From assembly GCA_010405405.1 (NCBI GenBank), contig MU004235.1, positions 1,440,538 through 1,504,537 on the forward strand: a DNA stretch of 64,000 nt, in the 5' to 3' direction. The notes below the pieces were generated by a model. It ran no database searches. It worked only from the letters and a program-made list of their open reading frames with translations, and had not been told where the DNA came from. This stretch comes from Microthyrium microscopicum. Its lineage: Eukaryota. Positions 10,371 through 22,834 of the stretch are shown piece by piece; position 1 is the stretch's first letter, and every line of letters begins with the position of its first letter. The position numbers and the translations under genes are program-made.

Positions 10371-11936
10371 GACCAAAGGAAAGCCCGGAATAATGTTTCT
10401 GCGATCGGTCCTTAATCCTCCGTTAATAGGCAGCAGAGACGGTTGGCAGGTGACGAGTTTACCGGCAGTATGGGTGTTATTTTGATTGGGAAAGAGCCTT
10501 ATGGGCTCGTCATGGCGCTGAGTAAGAGGCAGGACTATGACGATACTCAGAAGCCATCATCATGACCCGAGCTTCGTGAGTACGGTTCTTTGGTCACAGG
10601 AAGGAGAATGAGATAGCTGAGGGTCTGCTTCTCTACCATTGCATTTGCATAGACACGGCTGTGCGGCGGACAAAAGCGAAGATAGGAATGAATCAATAAG
10701 CTCGCTCAGGATTCTGCGCGAAAACAACACTTTGTAGACAGGCGATGGTTTACAATGGTCTATCAGCTTTCGGAACTGTTATTGATTCAGTTTGAGATGC
10801 GCGCTGTTGCTCTGGCTTGCGTCTCTTGTTCCGACAGCAGCGGCTAAAGAATCAGCGTCACAGTATTTACCGACGGCCATGGTCCTCAAGCTCACGGTAT
10901 CATGAACGGCCACGTCAACAGTTGAGTGCGCTGTCTAGTCTTAGTCGCAATATGTGCATAAGAATCAATGTTAATTCAAATGGCATCATCATTAATGGCA
11001 TTGCGCAAGTGACATCGGCTTTCCGCGCCACAGATTTCAAACCTTCCCAGTATTTCGAGACTAGCGCTACTAAACACATGTCTGGATACGCTGACGACTT
11101 CGTCAATATCCGACCATACAACGGAGGCACCATCAATATCATTAGCTCTACCATCTGCCTACCGTGGACTTTCGTACTGTTTGCCTACGCTACAAGATGC
11201 CTGATAACTGGACAAGAATCGTGGAAGTGACCGTTGTCATCTACATTGGTGAGCTGGTTGGGATGAGACTCTTTAGCTGGCTGTCTTGATCTTCACTTTG
11301 AACAGATTGAAGCGCGGCTAGCCGTCCGTGTTCAACAACTTGTCAACTCGTGTCGAGTGCTATCTTGTCTAGTAGCTTCGCCTATTTGCCAACACCACTC
11401 TAACTTGAAAGACGCGAAAGCAGTTTGATTCACCGACAAACTTTGGTCAGACCCCAATACCGCCTACCCATCAGTCAGGGCACCTTTGATACCGCTGGCG
11501 AGCCTTCCACTGCAAGAGCAGCCAACGCCGCCGTCATACGCTAATGCCATCCGCTGTGTTTGACGAACGAGCGCCAAATAGCCAATCTGCAAAGCAATCG
11601 TGGCTTTCCAATCCATTCTTGAGCTGTGTTCCATTTCCAAGTACTGTGAGATAATCATATAATTCACTGGGCAAAATTGATGAGGTGATGATGCAAATCA
11701 TGGAATTGTAAACACAAAATAGGAGGCGCAAAAAAATGAGCCCGTGCGTTGGAAGTTGGAAAAATGCCAAGACGTACCATGCAAACTCCACGCCACCTCC
11801 GGGTCCGGGCGTTGTATCAGTATCGTCACGATCATAACTTCATGCGCTGCAACTACTCCACGTTCCTTGCTTACAACCTCCTTCAAACTCTAAAAATAGC
11901 TTTCAAGCTTCAATACCAACAACTACAACCTACATT

Positions 11937-12366
11937 ATGAAGCCTGTTGTATCTGCTGGCAATGCCTGGACCTGGTAACTCCTCCTATTCGTCGTGCAGC
12001 ATGAGGTCCGACCCGCTAACAGAGTTGCAGCATCGTGGTCTCGGTCTTTGCTATCGTCATTCTCTCGATACTCGGATCGATGTTCAAGGTATGTAGCTTG
12101 AGAGACCATTCAAGCTTGAGCTTTGCTAATGTCTCACCTCCGCAGAACGGTCATCATACAGTCATGGGCTCGACAGAAGACCCGGTTGACGGCGCAGCCG
12201 TAGCGGGTACCATCTTCGGAGCAGTATTTGTCTACATTGTAAGCTTCACCTTATAACCACACTAAGCGTTGGTACTAACGATCAACAGGGATTCCTGGTA
12301 TTCTGCGCCTCTCAAGCGTTCCTACACATGCGCGAAAGCCGCCGCGGGGCGATAGCCTTATCATAA
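11937..12366 (+). CDS. V-ATPase V0 subunit f / RNase kappa family small two-TM protein
   Basis: Exons 11937-11974, 12031-12088, 12146-12238 and 12289-12366 give MKPVVSAGNAWTCIVVSVFAIVILSILGSMFKNGHHTVMGSTEDPVDGAAVAGTIFGAVFVYIGFLVFCASQAFLHMRESRRGAIALS, resembling yeast YPR170W-B. Confidence 0.88.
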
Positions 12367-12594
12367 TGGATGATTAGCAGTTTTTAGCATTAGGGACCAG
12401 TTGGTTCCTTCACGAACCAGGTGTACGGCGCTTTGTTTACTCTGCGTTGCCAACAGGGGAGTTGTACGAATTTGGCTTTACACGTGTAGCTTCAGCAAAA
12501 CAATGCACATAATCTTGAATGTCCTTTATGTTTTCAATATGTTTTCTTGTTCATACTCACTTTACAGGTTCATGAGTTACTAATACAGATTGAA

Positions 12595-14388
12595 TTACTC
12601 CTCGTCCGTGGAGTCATCGAGGTCAGGCAGCATCTTGGACATATATGGTCCATCCAGCCAATACCCCAAACGCGCATAGTAGCTTCTCACACCGACGCCA
12701 CTGATGACAGATATCTTACTGCTACCATGCTCATCCCTAGCAATTCGCTCCGCCTCTTCCATCAGCAACGTTCCAAACCCTTGGTGTTGAAACTTCTTTG
12801 GATCGCGCGCATGCACTGGCACAGCAGTTCCATACACATGCAATTCACGAACCAAACTTGTCGGTTGTCCTGTCAGCTCAGGGCGGAAGGTGTGTGTCGT
12901 GCTGCACTTCCGCAGTCTTAGCAGTGCGATCAGGATATCCTGCTTTGGGTCCTCGTAGGCCAAGAATGTCTCCCAGCCGCCATTTGCTGCATAATCTCTT
13001 CGCACCAACTCGACCTGCGACGGCCGTATCTTGTGCTTCACCTCGTTGATGCCTACTTCTCGCGTCCGCACGTCTCGGCATGTTGTGCCAAAGTCCTTCA
13101 TGCGGGCTAGCGCTAGCTCACGCAGATTGCCGTTCTCTACGCCGGATGTGACTAGAGGCATGGGAATATCACGCTGGACACGATAAATGCGCGTCCATGG
13201 AGGAATGAGAGCTAGGATGCGAGCCACTATGTCGATGAGCGCATTGGGTGTGTAGTTCTTGTACCGACCGGTCCGCCAAAGCTCGTAGAGACCAGTTCCA
13301 CGTATCACAAGAGTGGGATAGATTTTGAGACCGTCCGTCCGGAAGTCGGGATTCTCAAAGTACTCACGGAATTGATCCAAGTCCCGCTCCATACCCACAT
13401 TCGGCAAATCGGGCATCATATGAGATACAACTTTGAAGCCAGCATCTTTGGCCAACTTGAACGTTTCCGCAACAGCAGCAACTGTATGGCCACGGTTGGT
13501 ATCTCGGGCGACATCTTCATAGAGCGATTGGACGCCGATTTCGAGACGAGTGCAGCCATATCTCAGCATGGCCGATAGATGTTGGTCCAGACAATAGTCT
13601 GGCCGCGTTTCGATGGTAATGCCCACGCATTTGATGTCGCTCTGTTCTCCTGCGCTGACTGCTTCGTCGACATTGGTTGTGCAGTAGCCGGAGAGCGCAT
13701 TATGTAGCTGAGCTATGAACTCATCTCTATAGCTCTCTGGCAATGACATGAATGTGCCGCCCATAATGATGTACTCTACTTTATCGACGGAGTGGCCCAG
13801 TGATTTGATTTGGTCCACCCGACCTCGAGCTTGCTCAAACGGATCATATCGAGCTCGGATGGCTCTCATGGATGTTGGTTCGTAGCCTGTATATGACTGT
13901 GTCGAGTATTCAAAGTCTGAGTCTGGGCCACCGGGACAATACACACATATGTTCCCCGTGTAGGAAATATGTGGACATCTATGTGGTTTGCACATCACGG
14001 CTACCACAGCTATTCCAGACGACGTTCCTAATTCTCGTCAGCACGAATCATGAAGACGGGGAAAAGCACGGTATACGTATAACATACTGATTGGTTTTGC
14101 TATCAACTTTGGCAGGATATATTTCTTATAGTGCTCTGGTACTGCCGCGATAATCGCTGTCAAAGGCGGCAGCGAAGCCAGATAGTGTTTCTTTGCGATT
14201 TGGCCACGAAGAGAGTTAAGATTGATATCTTTCTTTGGTCCAGATCCATTTACTTGCTCCTCATAGTCTTGGATTAGAGCGCTGGCTATGTCTGCGCATG
14301 CGCGCATATACCGTTCATTTTCTGGAGCCAGTTTATGGCCCTTTGGCATCCGCCTTTGGCGGGTTGCTGTGGCCGTAACCGTAGCCAT
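12595..14388 (-). CDS. ELP3: Elongator complex catalytic subunit (radical SAM + acetyltransferase)
   Basis: Intron 14028-14087 restores [23 protein letters not shown]. Also [22 protein letters not shown] and GVGVRSYY motifs. Confidence 0.98.
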
Positions 14389-14693
14389 GATGGCTGAACC
14401 CCAAATCAGATCTTGCTTATGGATTTTCAAAATGCGAACTGTGGCTGTACTTTCAGATTAAAATTGAAGGTTTTGGTGATTCCAAAACCAAAGTCACAAA
14501 AAATGTGGCGGAAATAAGCGGACGGCGCGCCAAGACCAGCGCTAGTCCTGGAAACAGATCTCCGCCTTGAGCTCCTCAAGCTCTTTCGTTCTACCATAAG
14601 TTTCTCGAATCCATTGCTCGCCCATCTACCCTATTTCCTCTCTTCTTCTCTTCAATCCTGCGTTAGAGCGCTCTTGCAAACTTCGCGCTCACG

Positions 14694-15889
14694 ATGCAGG
14701 CATTTCGGCGTCCAATACAGAGTGGATTGCGACAAGTAATCCGCTCCAGGGGATACGCAAGCTCATCCTCTCCATACGCCTCGACAAACAAGAATCTGCG
14801 CATCAGTGGAGACACTAAGGTGCTATTTCAAGGTTTTACTGGAAAGCAAGGCTCGTGAGTACTATCCAATCGCGATTCGTGATGAAATGCGCTAATCGCC
14901 CCGTTCGCAGATTTCACGCGGAGCAAGCCATCGAATACGGTACTTTATCTCGTTAGTCCCCGAATGACGAGGAAACTAAAGCTTCATAGGCACAAATGTT
15001 ATCGGTGGTACAAATCCCAAGAAAGCTAGCACTGAGCATCTCGGTAAACCGGTTTTCGCGACTGTGAAGGAAGCTCGGGAAAAGACTGGCGCAAATGCAT
15101 CAGCTATCTTCGTTCCGTATGTTGAGATAAGTCGGATAAGAGGATAAACACTGATTTCTGGGCCACAGTCCACCACTAGCGGCAAAGAGTATTGAGGAGG
15201 CTATCGAGGCGGAGATGCCATTGGTCGTCTGGTGAGTTTGAGATTTGAGGTGCTGATAGGAGAGTTAACAAAACAATAGCATCACTGAGGGCATCCCTCA
15301 ACACGACATGGTCAGAATCACCGATATGCTCAAAACACAGGACAAGACACGTTTAGTAGGACCCAACTGCCCAGGTATCATCGCTCCGGGGCAATGCAAG
15401 ATCGGTATCATGCCAGGCTTCATCCACAAGCGTGGTCGTATTGGAATTGTCTCTCGGTCAGGAACTCTTACATACGAGGCCGTCAATCAAACAACACAAG
15501 CAGGCCTCGGCCAATCTCTCGTCGTTGGTATTGGTGGTGATCCATTCAGCGGAACCAACTTCATCGACTGCCTCGACGTCTTCCTGAAAGACAAGGAGAC
15601 CGACGGAATCATCATGATTGGTGAAATCGGTGGCAGCGCCGAGGAAGATGCCGCCGACTTCTTGAAAGAGTACAACACCGCCAACAAGCCAGTCGTCAGC
15701 TTCATCGCCGGTATCTCTGCTCCTCCAGGCCGGAGAATGGGACACGCTGGTGCCATTATCAGCGGTGGAAAGGGTGGCGCTGACTCCAAGATTGCTGCAT
15801 TGGAAGCTGCTGGTGTGCTTGTTGAGCGCAGCCCGGCAGGTCTTGGAAAGAGACTGCATGCTGAGTTCGTTAAACGTGACATGATATAG
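14694..15889 (+). CDS. LSC1: Succinyl-CoA ligase alpha subunit, mitochondrial
   Basis: Multi-exon 5' part ([25 protein letters not shown]), [21 protein letters not shown] and active-site RRMGHAGAI. Confidence 0.97.
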
Positions 15890-16029
15890 ATTGGTTTGGA
15901 TGGATCAGTAGCGAGTAATGTGGGACGCTTGAGCGTCGTGTGTTCCACTAGGCGTGTTTGTTGAAGGCTTTGATACTTGTTTTATATACAATTCAATTCC
16001 GATGTGCATTTCACTTGACCTCCCCTTGG

Positions 16030-18073
16030 CTACCGTAGAACAACCTTGCGCCACCGTGGTCCAGGATCCAAACAAGTCTCCAAGACCTCTTTTCGCAACT
16101 CGACGATGCCCCTTCGTTCTGCGATCCCATTTTCATTACATACTAACAGTAAAGCCATAAAATCATTGTCTTTTGCTGCGATCAGCGCAAATGTTCCAAT
16201 CTCCGGAACTGGGTCTAGTTTCATATCTGTTCCCAGTCGCCCGCAGTCCAAGCCGGTTCTATCTCGTGCACAGAGATATGTCGTACGGCTGCTCTGCTGT
16301 ATAATGCGCTCCAGATTAAGGTTCAGGATGACGGTGTTGAAGTGTAAGAGTGGGTACGGTGAACTGTTGAGACTGAGATTACCCATGTCCAACTCATATG
16401 TAGCTATGTTGATATCCCTAAACTCTTGGGGCCCCTGAGCACGACTTTCCTCCACTGAGATTGGAGAAGATGCTGCGTGAGTGCCATCGTCGTTTATATC
16501 AACGACAGTAGAGATGTCCTGGTCGATTAGTCGATATTGATACGTTATCCAATGTCGAAGTGTGGAATCTAGAGCTGATTGACCGTAATCGCGGACTGGT
16601 TCTTCATGTTCGACTCCAGAGTAGTCCGCGACATATTTCCAGCCAGCCCACGAATAGCTTGGTAGTCCCTCGCGTCTCGGATTGACGATAGCGGGTGCAA
16701 AATCAGCTGCCTCAAAGAGCATCGATCGAGAGAGCGGCAATGGTAATCCTTGAAAAGTGCCAACACCAGATAGTAAGTGGAACTTATTGAGCATACCCTG
16801 GGCAGCGCGCAGCGCGTCGCTCTCATATGAGAATTGTCGGTAGCCATAATACATGATGAGAGTAGAGAAGTCTGTAAACTCGACGTGTCCTCTCATCAAA
16901 ACCTCGTAAAGTGAGGCAGAGTGATTGAAACCAACAAGCTGATGGTCTGGGGCATTCATTGCCTCGCTGTATAAATTTCTCTGGCATTTGAAGTAGACTT
17001 GATTGTTGATGAAAACGAGCATCCGATTAGACAGTATCTCTTCTTGCATGCTATGTGAATCACTATTAGTTCAGACTGGGTAGAAGCAATTCATTATCTA
17101 CTTACGTCCACGCTCGTTTGGAGTAAGCGCTTCGTCTCAAAAGCGTCTGCATATCCACGATGGTTGTCAGATGAAGCCCAGGAGCAACCTCTCTAGTCAA
17201 TCGCTTATGGTCGCGTGGAGTGGGGAACACTCCAGGTAGCCCAGAATAAGCGTCGCCTGTGGCTGCTACAATAGTGAGAATCGATCTCTCGTAATAGTAG
17301 TCCATGTTTTCGCAACATCTCTGCAGTTCATCCTCATCATCTTGCACTAGACACAAGCTATCAACCCAAAGATATCGTTCGCCAAGTTGATGTACGACTG
17401 ACATGGCGTCTTGCACTGTAGGTGGGATAAAGCCTCTACATGTCGCCAGCGCACCAGGGGTCATCAATTGCCCTGCGTTCGACTTTTCCAACAACAACCT
17501 GCTACTGTTATGACTTCCCCACACGTAGGACAGCGCAAGATATGCCAGACGAGGAACATCCATCGGGTTTACTTCAACAATGCACATCGCTTCAACATCA
17601 ATAAATCGAAATGCGATATCTTGAATATGTGGTCGACGAGTCGAATGTTCCCGCGGAGGCATACATTCGCTCGAGATATGCTCGGCTTCACAGGTTCTCA
17701 ACCACCGACTAACATCTCTGAAGTCTACCCACTTGTCTAATTCAGGCCTCGCTCTTAATAAATCCGATTCACCAAGCTCTGCGAGTACAACCCACGAGCC
17801 CAACGGAGAACATGACGCGTTGAAGCCATCTGCCGGCCCCCACTGGACCTGAACAAGCCTATCGTCACTGGGTGGCTTGTAGGCAGACATTGAGTCCAAA
17901 CCATCGACGCAAATGGAAGCAATCAACTCACAGAAGGGGCAGTCTCTTTGACGCAAATCGCCAAAAGTGCCGTATGCCCATGATCGGTCCCCGGAATATG
18001 TCCCATTGATCATACATTGCAGCTGAGGCTCGAGCGGCAGCTTCATGCAGTATCTGCAAAGAGGCCGCACCAT
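16030..18073 (-). CDS. HET-domain (heterokaryon incompatibility) protein
   Basis: YLALSYVWG, ERYLWVDSLCLVQDD, MDYYYERSILTIVAA and (across intron 17051-17105) RAWTMQEE. C-terminal PSYSWAGW. Start codon uncertain. Confidence 0.92.
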
Positions 18074-18312
18074 AGCTTCTTGTTGTGCATTCGAGATGAG
18101 AAAACCCTCAACCTGATCGTAGTAATTGATGAGAAGGGGAGCTTGCATCGCGTTGGAGATGTGGTTGCTTACAAGTAGGTTCGCGCTTAACCTAATCGGG
18201 CGCGTCTCGATCTCCCGCATCTCGAGCTTGAGGTTGAGCTCACAAGCTGGCCAGACCTCCATCGCCTAAATATCGCCATGAACGACCATTTCACATCTCC
18301 TCCACTATCACG

Positions 18313-19729
18313 ATGATATCCGGCATCCTAATCTTCAATCAAAAAGGGGAAAACCTCATCTTCCGCTCCTTCAGATCCGACTGCCGCCCGCGGCTGGCCG
18401 ACATATTCCGCATCCAAGTAATATCGAATTCCCAAGTTCGCTCGCCGATTCTCACACTCGGAAGCACGACTTTCAGCCATACGCGTCATGAAAACATATA
18501 CCTAGTGGCCGTGACTAAGAGCAATGCGAACGCCGCGCTGGTATTCGAGTTCTTGGAGCGGTTGCGCTCGTTGGGGAAGGCGTACTTCAACAAGTTCGAT
18601 GAGGAGAGCGTGAAGAACAACTTCGTGCTGGTCTATGAACTTCTCGATGAGATATTAGACTTTGGATATCCGCAGAACACGGAGACGGAGTCGCTGAAGA
18701 CGTACATTACGACAGAGGGAGTGCGGTCGGAGAGAAAAATGCCAGTATGTGCTTCGCAAAAGTTATTGGCAATATGTTACTAATGAAGTTACAGGAGGAT
18801 ACTTCAAAAATCACAATGCAAGCTACAGGCGCTCAGTCGTGGCGGCGAGCAGACATCAAACATCGCAAGAACGAGGCATTCGTCGACGTTATCGAAGATG
18901 TCAACCTCCTCCTCTCCTCATCAGGCACAGTCCTTCGTGCAGATGTCAACGGTCAGATAGTTATGCGCGCATACCTTTCTGGCACACCAGAATGCAAGTT
19001 TGGATTGAACGACCGATTAACGCTAGGCGAAGATAATATCGCGCCTCCAACTAACAATCGGCTGGGAACGAAGGCAACGCGAGCGGCAGCTGGTTCAGTA
19101 GCGCTGGAGGACTGCCAATTTCATCAATGTGTGAAGCTAGGCAAGTTTGATGCCGAGAGAATCATCACTTTTGTGCCGCCAGATGGTGAATTCGAGCTGA
19201 TGCGTTATCGAGCCACGGAGAACATCAATTTGCCATTCAAGGTGCATGCGATTGTCAACGAGGTCAACAAGTCCAAAGTCAACTACAGCATTGCCATCCG
19301 TGCAAACTATGCGCAGAAGCTCTTTGCTACCAATGTGGTCGTTCGGATACCGACACCACTCAACACAGCACGAATCACCGAGCGTGTGTCGCAAGGAAAA
19401 GCCAAGTATGAACCAGAACAAAACAACATTGTCTGGAAAGTGCAGCGATTTTCAGGTGGAGCCGAAGTCATTTTGAATGCAGAGGCGACTCTGACATCGA
19501 TGACAAACTACAAAGCTTGGTCTCGTCCACCCATCAGTATGAGCTTCAGCCTTCTCATGTTCACGAGCTCGGGTCTGCTTGTTCGATATTTGAAAGTGTT
19601 TGAAAAGAACAACTACAGTTCTGTGAAATGGGTGCGATACATGACCCGAGCAGGAAATTATGAAATACGGTAAGCTTCTCCCCGAAGCAGATGGATGCTT
19701 TTGACTAACATTCTGCTTGAAGATTCTAA
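18313..19729 (+). CDS. APM4: AP-2 adaptor complex subunit mu
   Basis: MISGILIFNQKGENLI, NFVLVYELLDEILDFGYPQ, FVPPDGEFELMRY, KWVRYMTRAG.YEIRF. Two introns (about 18745-18794 and 19670-19722). Confidence 0.97.
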
Positions 19730-20474
19730 AGTCCTTGCACAAGGCATTCAAAAGATACACCTGTTTATGAGCGTAGGGACTTGCATATGAGCTGCATTGT
19801 AATGGTGTTGGGCTGCTAATGTTTCTCCCCTTGTAAATATCGCATCCTTAAGCGAGAATTGAGCACATGTTTGTTGTGCTTGAACGTTCAATGATGGTTG
19901 GTGCTACTCCTCGTATCGATTAATAGGCAGAAACAAAAGCAGGAAAGATCCCAGTTTTCCTTGGCTGTACAAGCGAGTGATTCTTGACCTCGTATTCCTT
20001 TCAGAATCGTCAGGAGAAAGCTACAGCATCTTGAAACAAGATCTTCTTTTTGAGATTGCATGCTCGTGGGCTCGTTTTGTGAAAGTCATTAGTGGTAACC
20101 TCGAATAAGGCAAAATCCGCACTCGTCATTGGCGAATTATTCAATTGGCTCGGTGGGTGAAGTCTGCCTTGCTATCCCGATTTAGCATCGCCAAGTGGTG
20201 ATCTCAAGAGGTGCATGTGGTGGCTGAGTCTCCAATCAAGGAAACCCGCGACTCCATCATGACCCTTTTGAAATATTTTGAATTTCAATAGCTACTTCAT
20301 TCTCACGTTCTACTATGCTTCTGGCCGAATCGACCACTCACTGGTGATACATACTCCCTGCTGGTCAGTCGAGTTTCCCTCGAATGTATGACCAAGCTCG
20401 CAACCACATCTTTCCTCTTTTCGGAAGAAGAATGCAGCAACGATAGGTGGTGATATCGTCATATCAAACAAATC

Positions 20475-22344
20475 ATGAGCGGACCATTAGGCTTTGCTGG
20501 TAACAGCGACCTTTACGGAATTGGTATGCTACTAGCTGATATCTCGCTTGATTTTGCGGATATATTTAGTGCCAGTGGTGATAATTCGATTGCTAATAGA
20601 TCTCAGGTATTCGAATTGGCTATTACTCCCAGGCCATTTCACTATGGATCAGTCATATGTGGGCTCCTTCGGAAGCCTACTTTCTCAACCCCATTACTCT
20701 GGTATTTCTGGTCTCCGTCATAATTGGCGTCTGCAATCTTTCTTTCCAAACATCGACCACTTATGCAATTGAGCCTTTCATGATAATGCAAGTAGCTTAC
20801 TATGTAAGTGCATCTACCAAAGATATTGACTAGTTCTCATGTTGCGCTGTAGATGTATTACATGAGCTTTGGTGGACCTCACGAATACGAGCTTCTCCGC
20901 TGGGAGGTTGACTACCTCAAAGTGGTCTTAACCATGTTGGTTGGCATTGGACTGCATGGTTTTGACACCTGGTTTTGGTGGCGTGGCTTGTATAAATTCA
21001 AGCCAACACCGGGTGAACATACTGTAGCGCTCTTCGTCTATTTCGGACAGAATGACTTGTATGGATACATCCGAATCGTTTCGCGAGTATGGAACGCGAT
21101 CGCTCTATACCTCCTGGTCTTCAATCTGGTCCTAAGGGTATCACAAAGATCTCTGGAAAGGACGGTGAATAGTGAGATACCGCCTTCAAGGCTGAAAGAG
21201 ATATCGCAAGGCTGGCTGACCACTCTATATCCATACAACCTAAACCAAACAGGATCTGAGAAAGGAGATCTTAAAATGCCAGCCACGCTATCACCACCAC
21301 GAGTCAGCAGACGTCCAAGCATCAACTCGATTCGTAGTGCACCAGTACCCAATTTGACATCGGAAAAGAGTCTCGGTCATAGGACGACGAGAACGTTCAA
21401 TGAGAACTGGCGGACAGACTTGGAAAAGAAGACGGACTTTAGTACTCCTGGCAAGGCCGAAGATGCCACAAGTCGAAATCATTCGCCGATACCACAAATC
21501 GTGACCACAGAGCCAGGCATTCAACGCACAAAAAGTGACCGTTTTAGAGAAAGGTTTCTTGGTTGGCAACCACAGGCCGCTCTCGGTGATCCAATATATA
21601 ACTATCAACCAAGTCTCGAAAACCTCCAGTTAGCCACCGATCTCATAAAAGATATCAACAAACCCGATCCTCACAAAAAGTGGCGCTGCATCACCTTCAT
21701 TTGGGACGTTCCAAGCTCAATAATACGATGGGAATGGACCTTATTGACTAATAAATTTCGCCCACGAGTCCTGACCGCAGTAACAGCGCATGCCAGATCG
21801 CTCAGCTACACCCTGGAGTGGATTATGACTGACGTGTGGAGACATGCTGTCAATCATCCTGCCTACCTCGTTGTCTCTGGAGATGATATTGCTCTTGCTT
21901 CTCGTATAAAGTTCACTTTAGAGGTAAGACTGCTGCCTGAATCGCTACTTAAACTTCAGAAGTACTAATCCATCCAAGGGAATCCGACCTCCAACGAATT
22001 GGGAACGTGGTAGCTGGGCATATATCCTCTTCTCGTCATGCAGTCTCCTAGTCATAGGAACAGAGCTTACAATAAATTGGAACAGCATCACCGGTGTACA
22101 AAACATAGGATCAGTTGGTCAACTTATTCCTGCCGCCATCGGAGTTGGCAGTCTGGTCAAAGTTCTATACACTGCCTTGTTTGAACGTCACCAGGGCCAA
22201 GATCTCTGCTTTGGTCAATGTCATCGTAAGAAAAGACAAGAAGAATGGGAAGATGCTTGCGAAGTATTTGCTCAAGCAAGGAGTGCATGGGAGAGGAAAA
22301 GGGACGCCGAGTTTATAGGAGATCCTTCTAGTAAGATCGTGTAG
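20475..22344 (+). CDS. Uncharacterised multi-pass membrane protein (fungal DLYGxGIR family)
   Basis: Spliced N-terminus GFAGNSDLYGIGIRIGYYSQ, several hydrophobic segments, C-terminal ELTINWNSITGV...SVGQLIP motif, three introns. Confidence 0.75.
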
Positions 22345-22834
22345 GTCTAAAGTTATACACCTTTGAGCGTGGAGTTTCAACGATATGATGATAGTTGATT
22401 ATCGAATGATATAATGACCGAAAGCTATCTTTGATAAGATGAGAAAGCGGTGTATTTGAATTAAATAGAAGACATGACAACACATGATATGCTCCATCAA
22501 GTAAATTGGCCGCCATAGACTTTATCACATCTCAGTTATTATCCACAGGTAACTTCTAGCGAAGTGAATCAAGCGCAGTGTTTGTTTTCATCCATTGATC
22601 TAGTGAATAATAAAGAGATACAAGAAAGCGTTGCAAGTTAACAACTGTACAGGCCTATCGCATCTGTGATCCGAAAGGAAATGCACGAGAGAGAATGGTA
22701 GAAATCTTGAATTAGATTGTCCCGTCCTCTGTGATTTTGCTGAAGCAGCGTCATGTACTATGCTGGAATTGGCGCAGCAAGTCGCCTTACGATTACATAT
22801 ATTGTAGCATATTTATACAAGATGAGACCAGTCC

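Noticed and set aside
10817..11791. Short ORFs with some splice-like signals
   Set aside because: No consistent exon chain or recognisable protein could be assembled.
15458..15948. Long antisense ORFs over LSC1 (similarly over INO80, the GH3 gene, the MFS gene and 32010-32579)
   Set aside because: Expected shadow frames of codon-biased or low-complexity genes.
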